A stretch of DNA of 64,000 bases from Candidatus Poribacteria bacterium (GCA_965242965.1 OZ251518.1:1664001-1728000), one strand, 5' to 3'; numbered from the stretch's first letter, positions 1-10,264 are shown. Translations and numbers: made by a program. The notes: a model not told the origin generated them from the letters alone.

Positions 1-17
1 CGCTTCATTACTTGACT

Positions 18-554
18 GAGGGTTTTTCATAAATCGATGGATTCCGGGTAGGAGAGACCTCCTGGTCTCGATGGCTTCCGGTAGGAGAGACCTCCCGGTC
101 TCGATGCAATAGGGCGGCGCGCCTCCCGGGGCTGCGGCGGCAAAAAGCCCCCTTCATCGTAGGGCGAGGGCCTATCCCTCGCCATGCGTTTGGCTGGCAG
201 ACTGCATCACCCCTGTAGGTCAGGATCGCCAGATCCTGACCCGTTTGTGATCAGGCGATCACAAACTACAGAGAGGGGAGAACGAAAAAAAACGTCTCTT
301 GTTCACTTCAGGTCCTAAAGGACTTAAAACGCCACAGTTTGACGATGGAGCTCGCGGGGGACAGGCCCCCGCGCTACGGGAAAATCAAGCCCCGAGGTCT
401 CTCCTACGGGCAAGAAATCGAGACCGGGAGGTCTCTCCTACCGGGCGGGCGCGCCGCCCTATTGCATCGAGACCTGGTGGTCTCTCCTACGGAGAAGACA
501 TCAAGACCAGGAGGGCTCTCCTATCGGGAAGGCATTGATATATGAAACACCCTC
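18..554. mobile_element. MITE-like element copy 1 (14-bp TIRs, interior of GTAG-hairpin repeats)
   Basis: GAGGGTTTTTCATA at 18-31 and TATGAAACACCCTC at 541-554; flanks ACTTGACT / ACTTGACC (7/8 direct repeat). Confidence 0.8.
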
Positions 555-594
555 ACTTGACCCAACACGAGCCCGTTAGGCGAGGGTTTCAACT

Positions 595-1329
595 CTATCG
601 GCCCGGGACGGTTTTGATTCGCGCCCACGTGACAGCTAGTTTATCTTGCGGCGCAACATCGAACGGAATCGCGCCGATAGCATAGAGAATCGAACGGTGG
701 ATAAGCTCCCAACCGTCATCGGTTACCATGCTCCAGCCGGTTGAGTGGGGCCAGATATTAACGTGGCGTGCTTTCGTTGCGCCTTTCAAGGTTTTCGCGC
801 CTTCTTCGTAAACCGAGAGCGCGACGAAATCGTCCATATCCTCGCGCACAGCGAGGACTTCGATCTCGCCTTCAAAGCCGTTGCACGTCATCAGTTGCGC
901 TGCCGGTTTACTGACGGTAATATCACCCTTGAATCCCTCCGTTATCGGATGCTCGTCGTTGACAATGGTGATTTTGTCACCAGCATCAGAGTTGAAGGTG
1001 CCGTCCGGGGCAAATCCCATGTCATCGTAAGTCCAGGTCTCCGCGTTGACGACAGGGACATTGACATCTTTATACGCATCGAGGATATTCGCGCTAGAGG
1101 TGGATTCCGAAATAAACACGAGATCGATGCCGTTCAGTTTGACGGGATGCTTCTCCAGATGTTCGTGGGCATTGACGACGTAACCCCACTTTTCTAGGTA
1201 TTCTATCAGGAGCGCGTCCTTCGGATCTGGCGCGCCGGAGCCGACAAGCACCAGCGTTTCGCCCTCGGCTACTGCCCAGTGAACGGCGCAAAATAGCACC
1301 AGTAGTGGTAAAAGAAAATAGCGATACAT
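595..1329 (-). CDS. Secreted protein with C-terminal 'DVAPQDKLAVTWARIK' motif
   Basis: ORF 595..1383; likely start MYRYFLLP at 1329 after AAGGAGG RBS; signal-peptide-like N-terminus. Confidence 0.8.
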   Translation of the reverse strand: MYRYFLLPLLVLFCAVHWAVAEGETLVLVGSGAPDPKDALLIEYLEKWGYVVNAHEHLEKHPVKLNGIDLVFISESTSSANILDAYKDVNVPVVNAETWTYDDMGFAPDGTFNSDAGDKITIVNDEHPITEGFKGDITVSKPAAQLMTCNGFEGEIEVLAVREDMDDFVALSVYEEGAKTLKGATKARHVNIWPHSTGWSMVTDDGWELIHRSILYAIGAIPFDVAPQDKLAVTWARIKTVPGR

Positions 1330-1454
1330 CGAAGAATTTTCCTCCTTTTCGGTTAAAATACAGTGACGTGCGCGTTGTTCCAACCAACTGCACGTTCCCG
1401 AAACTTGAAAAATATTCTATAAAAGTTGACAAAAAATGTCAAGAGGAAAAAGAG

Positions 1455-2309
1455 GTGGAACAACCAATCCATGGATTAACTGTCCGCGGTGTTACAAAAG
1501 ATTTTCATCGAACGAAGCGGACAAATCAGGCGGCAAGCCCGCGTTTTTACCAACGGCTACATCAGATTTTTAAGCGGGAGAAAGAGACTATCCGCGCCGT
1601 TGACAACATCTCGCTTGAGGTTGGCATCGGCGAGATTTACGGTATTCTCGGGGCTAACGGCTCTGGAAAATCAACGCTGATTCGCTGTATCTCAACGTTA
1701 CTTCTGCCGGATGCAGGCGACATTCGCGTTTTCGGCGATGACGTTGTTAAGGAGAGCCTGAAGGTGAGACAGGTGATGAACCGCGTTTCCGTTGAGGCTT
1801 CTTTTTTCAAACGGCTGTCTTCTGCCGAAAACCTAATTTACGCCGCGCGCCTCTACGGCATCACTGCAGAGACCGCGGAGAAAAGAGCGCGCGAGATTTT
1901 AGAACGCCTCGGTTTCAATGCGAATCGGATGAACGAAGAGATGGAGAACCTGTCGCGCGGGATGCAGCAGAAAGTGGCGATTGCGCGTGCATTGCTTACT
2001 TCGCCCATGCTTCTGTTGCTTGATGAACCGACAACCGGGTTGGATCCGAAATCCAAACGCGATGTGCAGGCGTTTATTGAGGAAATCCGAAGTGAACGCA
2101 ACGCTGTCATCGTTCTGACAACGCACGATATGGCGGAGGCGGAACGACTGTGCGACAAAATCGCCATTATTGATAAGGGACGCTTTATCGCCGAAGGCAC
2201 TGTCAAGGAACTCATCGCTCAAGTGCCTTCGCAGAACGGCGCACCGGCGACGTTGGAAGAGGTCTTCATCGCGCTCACCGGCAAAGAAATCGGAGACGAG
2301 GAGGAATGA
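1455..2309 (+). CDS. ABC transporter ATP-binding protein (ABC-2/DrrA-like)
   Basis: Walker A GANGSGKS, signature LSRGMQQK, Walker B LLLLDEP; GTG start at 1455 is likely. Confidence 0.92.
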   Translation: MEQPIHGLTVRGVTKDFHRTKRTNQAASPRFYQRLHQIFKREKETIRAVDNISLEVGIGEIYGILGANGSGKSTLIRCISTLLLPDAGDIRVFGDDVVKESLKVRQVMNRVSVEASFFKRLSSAENLIYAARLYGITAETAEKRAREILERLGFNANRMNEEMENLSRGMQQKVAIARALLTSPMLLLLDEPTTGLDPKSKRDVQAFIEEIRSERNAVIVLTTHDMAEAERLCDKIAIIDKGRFIAEGTVKELIAQVPSQNGAPATLEEVFIALTGKEIGDEEE

Positions 2310-2313
2310 ACCG

Positions 2314-3120
2314 ATGCTGAATCTCGTCCGGGAAACCGTCGTTTCCTACGCCTTCATTGAACGCAATTTTAACCTCGTGAAGCGGTATCTGAGCTGGGAA
2401 ATCCTGTTTTTCAGTTACTCTATTGTGAACGCGCTGACTATCGGTTTAATCATGGTAGGACGCGGCACGAGTAAAGATGTGCTTTACCTCCTCATCGGCG
2501 CGCTTATCTGGGGATTCTTCTCCGTTATGATGCGCGAAGTCAGCGATGCAATCACGTGGGAACGATGGGAAGGCACGATAGAATACACCTTCATGGCACC
2601 CATCCACCGCATCACGCATCTTGTCGGTTCCTGCCTATTCGCAATCCTGTATGGGCTCTTGCGGACAGGGCTCATCTTAGCGATACTGCCGCTCTTCTTC
2701 GGTGAGCACATCGACCTAGGACGCGCGAATTGGCTCACGATGGGAGTGATAGTTGCTGTTTCCAGCCTCTCTTTCATTGGGATTGGGCTGATGGCGGCGA
2801 TTTTTCCGCTGCTATCACCGGAAAAGGGACAGGCAGCGACAGGGATTATCCCGTCCGTGCTGCTGTTAGTCTCCGGCATTTATTACGAGATTGAGGTGCT
2901 CCCGGAATGGCTGCAACCGTTTTCGTGGATGTCCCCGGCGACTTACACCCTCAAATCCATTCGTGCGGCGATTCTTGAAAACGCGTCGGTTGCGAGTCAG
3001 GCGGGCAATCTGTTGTTGCTGCTGATTATCGGGATAGTGCTGATTCCGGTCGGCTTTTGCGTCTTCCACCTCGGCGAGAAGTATGCCAAGCGCGTGGGTA
3101 GGTTGAAACGGAGTGGGTAG
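2314..3120 (+). CDS. ABC-2 type permease
   Basis: Several TM segments, ERWEGTIE motif, directly follows the ATPase; ATG at 2314 after GAGGAGG. Confidence 0.9.
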   Translation: MLNLVRETVVSYAFIERNFNLVKRYLSWEILFFSYSIVNALTIGLIMVGRGTSKDVLYLLIGALIWGFFSVMMREVSDAITWERWEGTIEYTFMAPIHRITHLVGSCLFAILYGLLRTGLILAILPLFFGEHIDLGRANWLTMGVIVAVSSLSFIGIGLMAAIFPLLSPEKGQAATGIIPSVLLLVSGIYYEIEVLPEWLQPFSWMSPATYTLKSIRAAILENASVASQAGNLLLLLIIGIVLIPVGFCVFHLGEKYAKRVGRLKRSG

Positions 3121-3168
3121 GTGAAAAAAAAGGGACGTTTCGTTTTCGGTTTTGGCTGCCGTTTCCCC

Positions 3169-3648
3169 GGTAGGAGAGACCTCCTGGTCTCGATGCGAGC
3201 GATGTCCCCGTAGGAGAGACCTCCTGGTCTCGATGCAATAGGGCGGCAGAAAGCCTCTATCATCGTAGGGCGAGGGCCCTCGGATGCCATACGCGCATCC
3301 GAGGGCCCTCGCCATCGCTCGCGCACTCCAACGCTCGCGGGGGACAGGCCCCCGCGCTACGCGAAAAAAACGGCACTTCATCGTAGGGCGAGGGCCTGTC
3401 CCTCGCCATGCATTTTGCTGGCAGACCTCCTCACCCCTGTAGGTCAGGATCGCCTGATCCTGACCCGTTTGTGATCAGGCGATCACAAACTACAGAATGA
3501 GTGTTGCTATAGACATGTAGGACCTAAAGGACCTAAAACGGCATCTTAACGATGGCAATCGCGGGGGACAGGCCCCCGCGCTACGGTAAAATCAAGACCC
3601 GAGGGCTCTCCTACGGTATTGCATCGAGACCAGGAGGGCTCTCCTACC
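3169..3648. repeat. Intergenic cluster of GTAG-hairpin (REP-like) repeats
   Basis: GTAGGAGAGACCTCCTGGTCTCGAT x2, GTAGGGCGAGGGCCTGTCCCTCGCC, GTAGGTCAGGATCGCCTGATCCTGAC and reverse copies ending CTAC. Confidence 0.9.
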
Positions 3649-3706
3649 GAACGCCCTATTAGGCACTATCGCCCGCTATCGTTGCCATAGCGGAAGAAAA
3701 AAATGA

Positions 3707-3735
3707 TTGACAACCGATTCATCATTTGCTAAACT
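3707..3735 (+). promoter_or_regulatory. Putative sigma70 promoter for the dapA-like/aroA operon
   Basis: TTGACA-17-TAAACT upstream of AGGAG RBS. Confidence 0.6.
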
Positions 3736-3771
3736 CTAAAGCACTTAGCCAAACCGACTCAGGAGAGACGA

Positions 3772-4671
3772 ATGAATATCCGCTTTGAAGGAATTTTTAC
3801 TCCCACGATAACACCACTCGATGCAAAAGAACGCATTGATGAACTCGGATTTACCAAGCAAATTAACCGCCTCATCGGCAACGGTGTTCACGGCATCTAT
3901 CTCTTAGGCACTTCCGGTGAATTTACCACGCTGACAAACGCGGAACGCGAACGTGCCATTGACATCGCCGTGAAGGTGGTTAACGGCCGCGTGCCGATTG
4001 TGAGCGGTGTCATGGACACCAGCACGCAGCGCGTCATCCAAAACATTGAGATTGCGCAAGAACTCGGTGTGGATGCAGTCGCCGCGACACCGGGTTACTA
4101 TTATCCCTCCACCGACGACGCAGACCTGATTGAATTTTACGAGGCCATCGCCGCCAGCACCGACTTGCCGGTGCTGATTTACAACATCCCGTCTACCGTC
4201 AAAACGGCGATTAAACCGCAGCTAGTCGCCGAACTCGCCGACCGGTGCGACAACATCATCGGCATGAAGGATAGTTCCGGAGACTGGACTAACTGCCTTA
4301 ACCTTCTGGCACTGCTTGGAGACAGAGACGATTTCTCGCTCCTCCTCGGTTCGCATACCGCTTTGGGGGCGGCACTGTTATTCGGTGCCGATGGCGGGGT
4401 CGTCTCCATATCAAACGTCGCGCCGAAGCAAGCCGTCGCGCTCTATAACGCCGGGAAGGCACGCGATATTGACGAAGTGCATCGATTGCAAAAATGGCTG
4501 CTCCGCCTCAGCAAAATCTACACCTACGGCCAAGGCGTGAGCGGGATGAAGGCGTGCTTGGAAATTCTCGGTGTCTGCCAAGCGCACACGACGAGTCCGC
4601 TGCTGCCGGTGAGCGATGTCGCCAAATCAGAAATTCGGGGGCTGCTCACGGAGTTGGGGATTTCCGAATGA
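3772..4671 (+). CDS. Dihydrodipicolinate synthase (DapA) family aldolase
   Basis: GTSGEF motif, IYNIP, GMKDSSG Schiff-base lysine. Confidence 0.9.
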   Translation: MNIRFEGIFTPTITPLDAKERIDELGFTKQINRLIGNGVHGIYLLGTSGEFTTLTNAERERAIDIAVKVVNGRVPIVSGVMDTSTQRVIQNIEIAQELGVDAVAATPGYYYPSTDDADLIEFYEAIAASTDLPVLIYNIPSTVKTAIKPQLVAELADRCDNIIGMKDSSGDWTNCLNLLALLGDRDDFSLLLGSHTALGAALLFGADGGVVSISNVAPKQAVALYNAGKARDIDEVHRLQKWLLRLSKIYTYGQGVSGMKACLEILGVCQAHTTSPLLPVSDVAKSEIRGLLTELGISE

Positions 4672-5939
4672 TTGAGATTCAACCCCTCCGCAAACCAGTC
4701 GATGCCACGATAGAGGTGCCGGGCTCTAAAAGTTATACCAACCGCGCGTTGTTAGTCGCCGCGCTGGCGAACGGACGCTCAACGTTAACCGGCGCGCTCT
4801 TCAGCGATGACACGCACTATATGTGTAACGCGCTACGAACGCTTGGTGTCCAACTTGAAGCAGAGGAAGCGCAAGCGACTTTCATTGTCAACGGCAACGG
4901 CGGAGACATTCCAGTGGAGAGTGCCACATTGGATATCGGAAACTCCGGCACCACGTCGCGCTCCCTTGTCAGTTACGTATCGCTCGGGCACGGCGAATTT
5001 GTCATTGATGGCGATGAACCGATGCGGCGCAGTCGTCCTATCTCCGATTTATTGGACGCGCTGACGCAAATCGGCGTTGCCGCGCGCTCGCAATTTGATA
5101 ACGGACATCTCCCAGTCATCGTGCAGGCAGATGGACTTGAAGGTGGGAAAACCCGACTGGATGCCAGCAAAAGCAGTCAATTCCTAACATCCCTGCTCCT
5201 CATCGCGCCTTACGCCAAAAATGATATGGAGATTGAGATTGTCGGCACGCTCAAAACGCCTTATATTGACATTACCACGGCTGTCATGGAGGCGTTCGGC
5301 GTAACCGTTGTCCATAACAATTATCGGCATTTCCGCATTGCGGGGCAGCAGTCGTATCAAGCGCGCGAGTATCAGATCGAACCGGATGCCTCCAGTGCCT
5401 CCTACTTTTTCGCCGCCGCTGCGATTAGCGGTGGGCGCGTCAAAGTAAAACATCTGCATCTCGCTTCGGCGCAAGGCGATGTCCAATTCGTGCGCGTCTT
5501 GGAGAAGATGGGATGTCAGGTGAACGCCGATGCCGATGGAATTGAGGTTATCGGGCCGGAACGTTTGCGCGGCATTGACGTGGATATGAACGCACTCTCT
5601 GATACCGCGCTGACCTTGGCGGCCATCGCACCCTTCGCCGATAGCAAAACCGTTATCCGAAACATTGAACATACCCGTTGGCAGGAAACAGACAGGATTC
5701 ACGCGATGGTGACGGAGTTGCGCAAATTAGGTATCCCGGTGGTGGAGCATCGCGACGGTGTAGAGATTATGCCTGCGCCGATTGTTCCATCGGCAATTGA
5801 TACTTACGAAGATCACCGCGTGGCGATGGCATTTTCGCTGATTGGGTTGAAAGTCCCTGGAATTCAGATTTGTAATCCGGGGTGTGTAAGTAAAACGTTT
5901 CCGCATTTTTTTGAGGTGTTGCAGGGATTATACCGTTAA
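4668..5939 (+). CDS. aroA: 3-phosphoshikimate 1-carboxyvinyltransferase (EPSP synthase)
   Basis: PGSKSYTNRAL, GNSGT, SSQFLTSLL, ETDRI, DHRVAMAF motifs; ATGA overlap with the upstream gene. Confidence 0.95.
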   Translation: MIEIQPLRKPVDATIEVPGSKSYTNRALLVAALANGRSTLTGALFSDDTHYMCNALRTLGVQLEAEEAQATFIVNGNGGDIPVESATLDIGNSGTTSRSLVSYVSLGHGEFVIDGDEPMRRSRPISDLLDALTQIGVAARSQFDNGHLPVIVQADGLEGGKTRLDASKSSQFLTSLLLIAPYAKNDMEIEIVGTLKTPYIDITTAVMEAFGVTVVHNNYRHFRIAGQQSYQAREYQIEPDASSASYFFAAAAISGGRVKVKHLHLASAQGDVQFVRVLEKMGCQVNADADGIEVIGPERLRGIDVDMNALSDTALTLAAIAPFADSKTVIRNIEHTRWQETDRIHAMVTELRKLGIPVVEHRDGVEIMPAPIVPSAIDTYEDHRVAMAFSLIGLKVPGIQICNPGCVSKTFPHFFEVLQGLYR

Positions 5940-5976
5940 CCGGAGGATTTCTTAGTCAAAGCACATCCCCTTTTTC

Positions 5977-6513
5977 CGTAGGGCGAGGGCCTGTCCCTCG
6001 CTATGCGTTTGGCTGCCAGACCGCCTCACTCCTGTAGTTCAGGATCGCCTGATCCTGACCCGTTCGGGAGCGGGCGCTCCCGAACTACAGAGGTGGGCCT
6101 TTTCCCGTAGGGCGAGGGCCTGTCCCTCGCCATGCTGCGGTCCACCGGACGATCGCGGGGGAACCCGCTCGGATGCGCGTGTGGCATCCGAGGCCCCCGC
6201 GCTACGATGAAAAACGCCGCCTCTTCACGTAGGGCGAGGGCCTGTCCCTCGCCATCGTTCGCGCTACGAAAAAACACCTATCTTGTTCTCTTAGGTCCGT
6301 AGGACCTTAATGTCTATAGCACTCGGCAACCCGAAGAAATTTAAGGTCCTTTAGGTCCTTAATGTGTTTTGCCATGTCTGCGCGGGTTTTTATTAAGGAC
6401 CTAAAGGACCTTGAAAACGGGATGCCCCGTGCTGCTATAGACATGTAGGACCTAAAGGACCTAAAACGCGACTCTTGACGCTGGACAACGCGGGGGACAG
6501 GCCCCCGCGCTAC
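5977..6513. repeat. Intergenic REP-like cluster including the nested AGGTCC/GGACCT palindrome module
   Basis: Multiple GTAG hairpins; 6290-6470 AGGTCCGTAGGACCTTAATGTCTATAG ... CTATAGACATGTAGGACCTAAAGGACCT. Confidence 0.9.
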
Positions 6514-6560
6514 GGTAACACGAGGGTTTCTTTTATGATTAAAACAAAGGAAATTTTAAA

Positions 6561-9557
6561 ATGATCAAGGAAAATACAGTCACGACGAAAGTTCGTGAAT
6601 TGCTCAGTAAGATGACACACGGCTGGACATTCCGAGAACAGCAGGCGGCGTTCGTAGGTAACCAGCGCACGCCCGACATTATAGCGATGCGGGATGGACG
6701 AGAGACAGTTGCCATTGAGGCGAAGGCGCATAACAAGGACATCGCCGATGCGGTGGCCGAACTCCAAACGGATTACTTCGGGCAGCGTTTAAAACCGCAG
6801 TATCAACGTGTCTCCCCGACGTTAACGGCAGGACTAGCACTGCGATACCCGAAGGCGGTGCAGGACATTGACGACGACGAGCTGGAGCACGCGCTAGTCC
6901 ATACAGATGCGATTGACTACTGCGTGATAACGGCGGACGGCGAGGGCAACTTCCCGAAATCGGGATATGCCACAGGTTCACTGCAGGACATCGCAACGGC
7001 GTTACACATCGGTGCATCGCCGACGAAAAAGATCGCCGAAGTCGCTGAAGTCTACAGCGCGGGCATGGAGGCGTGGTCTAAGGACATCGAACGCTCGATT
7101 CAAGTTCGTCCTGTTATCGGTGACATGCTGGCGGAGATTCTGGGGCAAGAGGCTACCGAAGAAGCTTGTAAAATGGCGTGCATGTTCGTCATCGATGCGT
7201 TCATCTTCCAGAATGCTGTTGCTGGGAAAAACGGCTTCGAGGAAGTGCGGGGACTGGAGCATTATGATGACGACGCGCAGATCGACTACAAAGGTATTAT
7301 CGCTAACTGGGTTCGTATTCTGAAAGTGAACTACGTCCCGATTTTCAACGATGCTGTTGCGATTGTCAAAGTGATGCGCGAGTATGACGTGGCGATGGCG
7401 CGGCGTGTGTTAAAAGGCCTGTTGCAAACGGCGAACGAGATCTGCCACTCCCATCTAGCGCAGGTTCAGGAGATTGGGGGCGAGCTGTTCCAGAAGCTCG
7501 TCGTAGACCGCGATTACGTAAAGGCGCACTATACACTGCCTGAAAGTGCGGCACTGCTGTCTGCACTGGTTTGCCCCGACATTGATGTCGACAACTTGCC
7601 GAAAGTCGCCGACTACGCCTGCGGGACAGGCGCGCTAATTAACGGCGTTTACAAGCGGATTCAGAGTCTCTACGAGCGGAAGACAGGGACGAGTAGTCAG
7701 GAAATTCATCGCGTGATGGTTGAAAACAATCTGGGGGCATCCGATATTTATCCACACACGACGCATCTGACGTTCACGGCGATGGCGGCGACGCATCCGA
7801 CGACAACATTAGGTAAGACCCGGGTCATCACTGCACCCTACGGGATGCTGGACGATGAATCCTACAAAATCGGTTCGCTGGAACTACTGGATACCAAACA
7901 GTTGGATCTGCGGACGATGGGGACGCTGGCGGCGCAGATCATCGGTGACGACGACATCGCAACCGTCGACTACAAGCGGGAATTCCCCGATGACGAGATG
8001 GATATCGTTATCATGAATCCGCCATTCTCGCGGCCGGGCGCAAATAACGGCAGGAGAAATGCCTACAGCACTTTTCAAAGTTCGTCGCACGAAGACGATG
8101 TGCAGGCGGAATTGCAGCGCAGACTGAACAATATGCCTACGCGGTTTTACTCCGCAAAGGCGGGGTTTGCAGCGGCATTCGTCGAAATGGCAGATTGCAA
8201 ACTGAAAGAAGGCGGGTGCGCAGGTTTCATTCTTCCACAAACAATGATGACAGCTCTTAGTTGGAATACTGTTCGTAACCTGTTTGCAACGGAGTATCAT
8301 AATGTGCTCGTGGTAACATTGTCTAGCCATCGCGCATTAGATATGGCATTTTCGCACGATACCGGTATGGCGGAGTGCATGGTTGTTGCGACGAAGGGCG
8401 TGGATGTTACTGCGTCGATTCCGACCGGTCGCGCGCGTTTTGTCTGCCTGAATTCCCGTCCCGATAGTCTCTTATCGGCGGAGATGATTGCAGGCAAAAT
8501 CCGTAGTGCAGATGGTAGTCGTCGGTTAGACGGTGCGCCGAATGGCGGCGATGAACTTTACATCGGTGCGGGCAATTTCGGTAGGATGCTGGATGCGCCC
8601 ATCGGTGAACGTGAGTGGGTTGTCGCCCGTGCGAATTCGCTGTCTCTCCTCCAAACAGCGTATAATCTGAGTGTTGGGCGGTTACATCTACCACAGATGC
8701 GCACGGGGCATTCGGTCCCGATAGCGACGATCGGCGATGTGGGTGTGGTTGGTTATGCACATCAGAAAATAAAATCGCCGAAGACAGGGGCATTTGATAT
8801 GCATCCCCGACAGGCAGCCACACAAGATGGTTACGATGCGCTCTGGCAATCGCATGCGCAGAGCCAACGGGCGATGACAGCACATCCTGATTTCAAAGCC
8901 CAAATTCGTATAGGCAAAGAGAAGTCAGCCGATGATGTTTTGAGACGAACGAGTCGAACACATTTTCACATGAATCCCAAATATAGTTCGTCTTCGATGT
9001 TGGCATCCTATACCGAGAAGCCTGCAATTGGCGTATGCTCATTAACGGATGTCAAATTGGCGAACCCTACCCATGATTCCGTGTGGACGTTATGGGCAAA
9101 TTCAACGCTAGGCTTGCTGTGTCATTGGCTGAATGCTGGTAAACAACAAGAAGGCCGGGCCAGATACAATGATAGCCAAATCCAGAATGTCCCGACGCTT
9201 GACGTTCGCCAGCTTACTGACAATCAGTTGGCGGCGGCAGATCGGATATTCGCTGACTTAAAGGCAGTGCGGATGCTGCCGTATAACGAGTGTGCATGGG
9301 ACGAATGGCGGCACGTTCTGGATGCCCGGCTGCTGTCCGAGGTGCTGGGTATCAGTGACAGAGAGATTCATGAGGCGATGCAGAATCTTCGGGAGATGCT
9401 TTGCGCCGAGCCTACGATTGCTGGCACGAAGAAGTCTACCTGTGATCTTGAAGCAGAACGCGCAAAGTTCGATCTGGGCGGCTGTCCGGTGGCTGATAAG
9501 CAGGCGTTGGATGCGCAGCAAGACCGCCTACGGCAGCGGGGGATTTACCTCCCGTAG
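6561..9557 (+). CDS. Single-polypeptide restriction-modification enzyme (Type IIG-like; nuclease + N6-adenine MTase + TRD)
   Basis: N-terminal PD...EAK (PDIIAMRDGRETVAIEAK), motif I DYACGTG, motif IV NPPF, GFILP; 998 aa. Confidence 0.85.
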   Translation: MIKENTVTTKVRELLSKMTHGWTFREQQAAFVGNQRTPDIIAMRDGRETVAIEAKAHNKDIADAVAELQTDYFGQRLKPQYQRVSPTLTAGLALRYPKAVQDIDDDELEHALVHTDAIDYCVITADGEGNFPKSGYATGSLQDIATALHIGASPTKKIAEVAEVYSAGMEAWSKDIERSIQVRPVIGDMLAEILGQEATEEACKMACMFVIDAFIFQNAVAGKNGFEEVRGLEHYDDDAQIDYKGIIANWVRILKVNYVPIFNDAVAIVKVMREYDVAMARRVLKGLLQTANEICHSHLAQVQEIGGELFQKLVVDRDYVKAHYTLPESAALLSALVCPDIDVDNLPKVADYACGTGALINGVYKRIQSLYERKTGTSSQEIHRVMVENNLGASDIYPHTTHLTFTAMAATHPTTTLGKTRVITAPYGMLDDESYKIGSLELLDTKQLDLRTMGTLAAQIIGDDDIATVDYKREFPDDEMDIVIMNPPFSRPGANNGRRNAYSTFQSSSHEDDVQAELQRRLNNMPTRFYSAKAGFAAAFVEMADCKLKEGGCAGFILPQTMMTALSWNTVRNLFATEYHNVLVVTLSSHRALDMAFSHDTGMAECMVVATKGVDVTASIPTGRARFVCLNSRPDSLLSAEMIAGKIRSADGSRRLDGAPNGGDELYIGAGNFGRMLDAPIGEREWVVARANSLSLLQTAYNLSVGRLHLPQMRTGHSVPIATIGDVGVVGYAHQKIKSPKTGAFDMHPRQAATQDGYDALWQSHAQSQRAMTAHPDFKAQIRIGKEKSADDVLRRTSRTHFHMNPKYSSSSMLASYTEKPAIGVCSLTDVKLANPTHDSVWTLWANSTLGLLCHWLNAGKQQEGRARYNDSQIQNVPTLDVRQLTDNQLAAADRIFADLKAVRMLPYNECAWDEWRHVLDARLLSEVLGISDREIHEAMQNLREMLCAEPTIAGTKKSTCDLEAERAKFDLGGCPVADKQALDAQQDRLRQRGIYLP

Positions 9558-9645
9558 CCGTAGCGCAGATCATCAAAACCTCCGCTTTTTCTTTATGATT
9601 TCTTCCCGAAATCCTCCAGAAATCGTAAAAATAGTATATTTAACT

Positions 9646-10264
9646 GAGGGTGTTTCATAAATCGCTCAACGTCGCGGTGACATGCCCCGCGCTACGATGA
9701 AAAAAAACGCCGCCCCTTTACGTAGGGCGAGGGCCTGTCCCTCGCCATGCTGCGATCGCGGGGGACAGGCCCCCGCGCTACGGTTAAAAACAGTCCCCTT
9801 CATCGTAGGGCTTGGGCCCTCGCATGCCACACGCGCATCCGAGCGGGTTCCCCTCGCCATCGTCCGCGCACTCCAACGATCGCGGGGGACAGGCCCCCGC
9901 ACTACGATGAAAAAACGGTTCTTAGGTCCGTAGGACCTTAATGTCTATAGCACGTGAGGATGCAAAGAACGCTAAGGTCTGTAAGACCTTAGTGTGTTTT
10001 GACGCACTGCGTGGTTTTTATTAAGGACCTAAAGGACCTTGACGTGAGCCGGCACGTTTTTCTATAGACATTAAGGACCTAAAGGACCTAAAACGCCGCT
10101 GCTTGCCGATGGCCAACGCGGGGAACAGGCGGGATAATCGAGACCGGGAGGTCTCTCCTACCGGGAAGAAATCGAGACCAGGAGGTCTCGCCTACGGGGA
10201 CATCACAGGCATTGAGACCAGGAGGTCTCTCCTACGGGTGTGCATCGAAATATGAAACACTCTC
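9646..10264. mobile_element. MITE-like element copy 2
   Basis: GAGGGTGTTTCATA at 9646, TATGAAACACTCTC at 10251-10264; flanks ATTTAACT / AATTAATT (6/8). Confidence 0.75.

Noticed and set aside
299-545. Short ORFs in repeat regions throughout the window (peptides such as RGTGPRAT, ARDRPSPY, ETRRSLL, GSPDPDPF)
   Set aside because: They are translations of GC-rich REP hairpins recurring in all frames, with no RBS or domain content.
745-1197. Long antisense or alternative-frame ORFs over real genes (also 18665-19600, 20699-21439, 43721-44413, 55096-56031, 63437-63874)
   Set aside because: Shadows of GC-rich coding sequence; the overlapping frame carries the recognisable motifs.
4494-4667. Extended N-termini in the ORF track (aroA, ABC genes, NYN, DUF309, Gfo and others)
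   Set aside because: Downstream starts with RBSs or ATGA coupling fit the family N-termini better; the extensions run through other genes or repeats.
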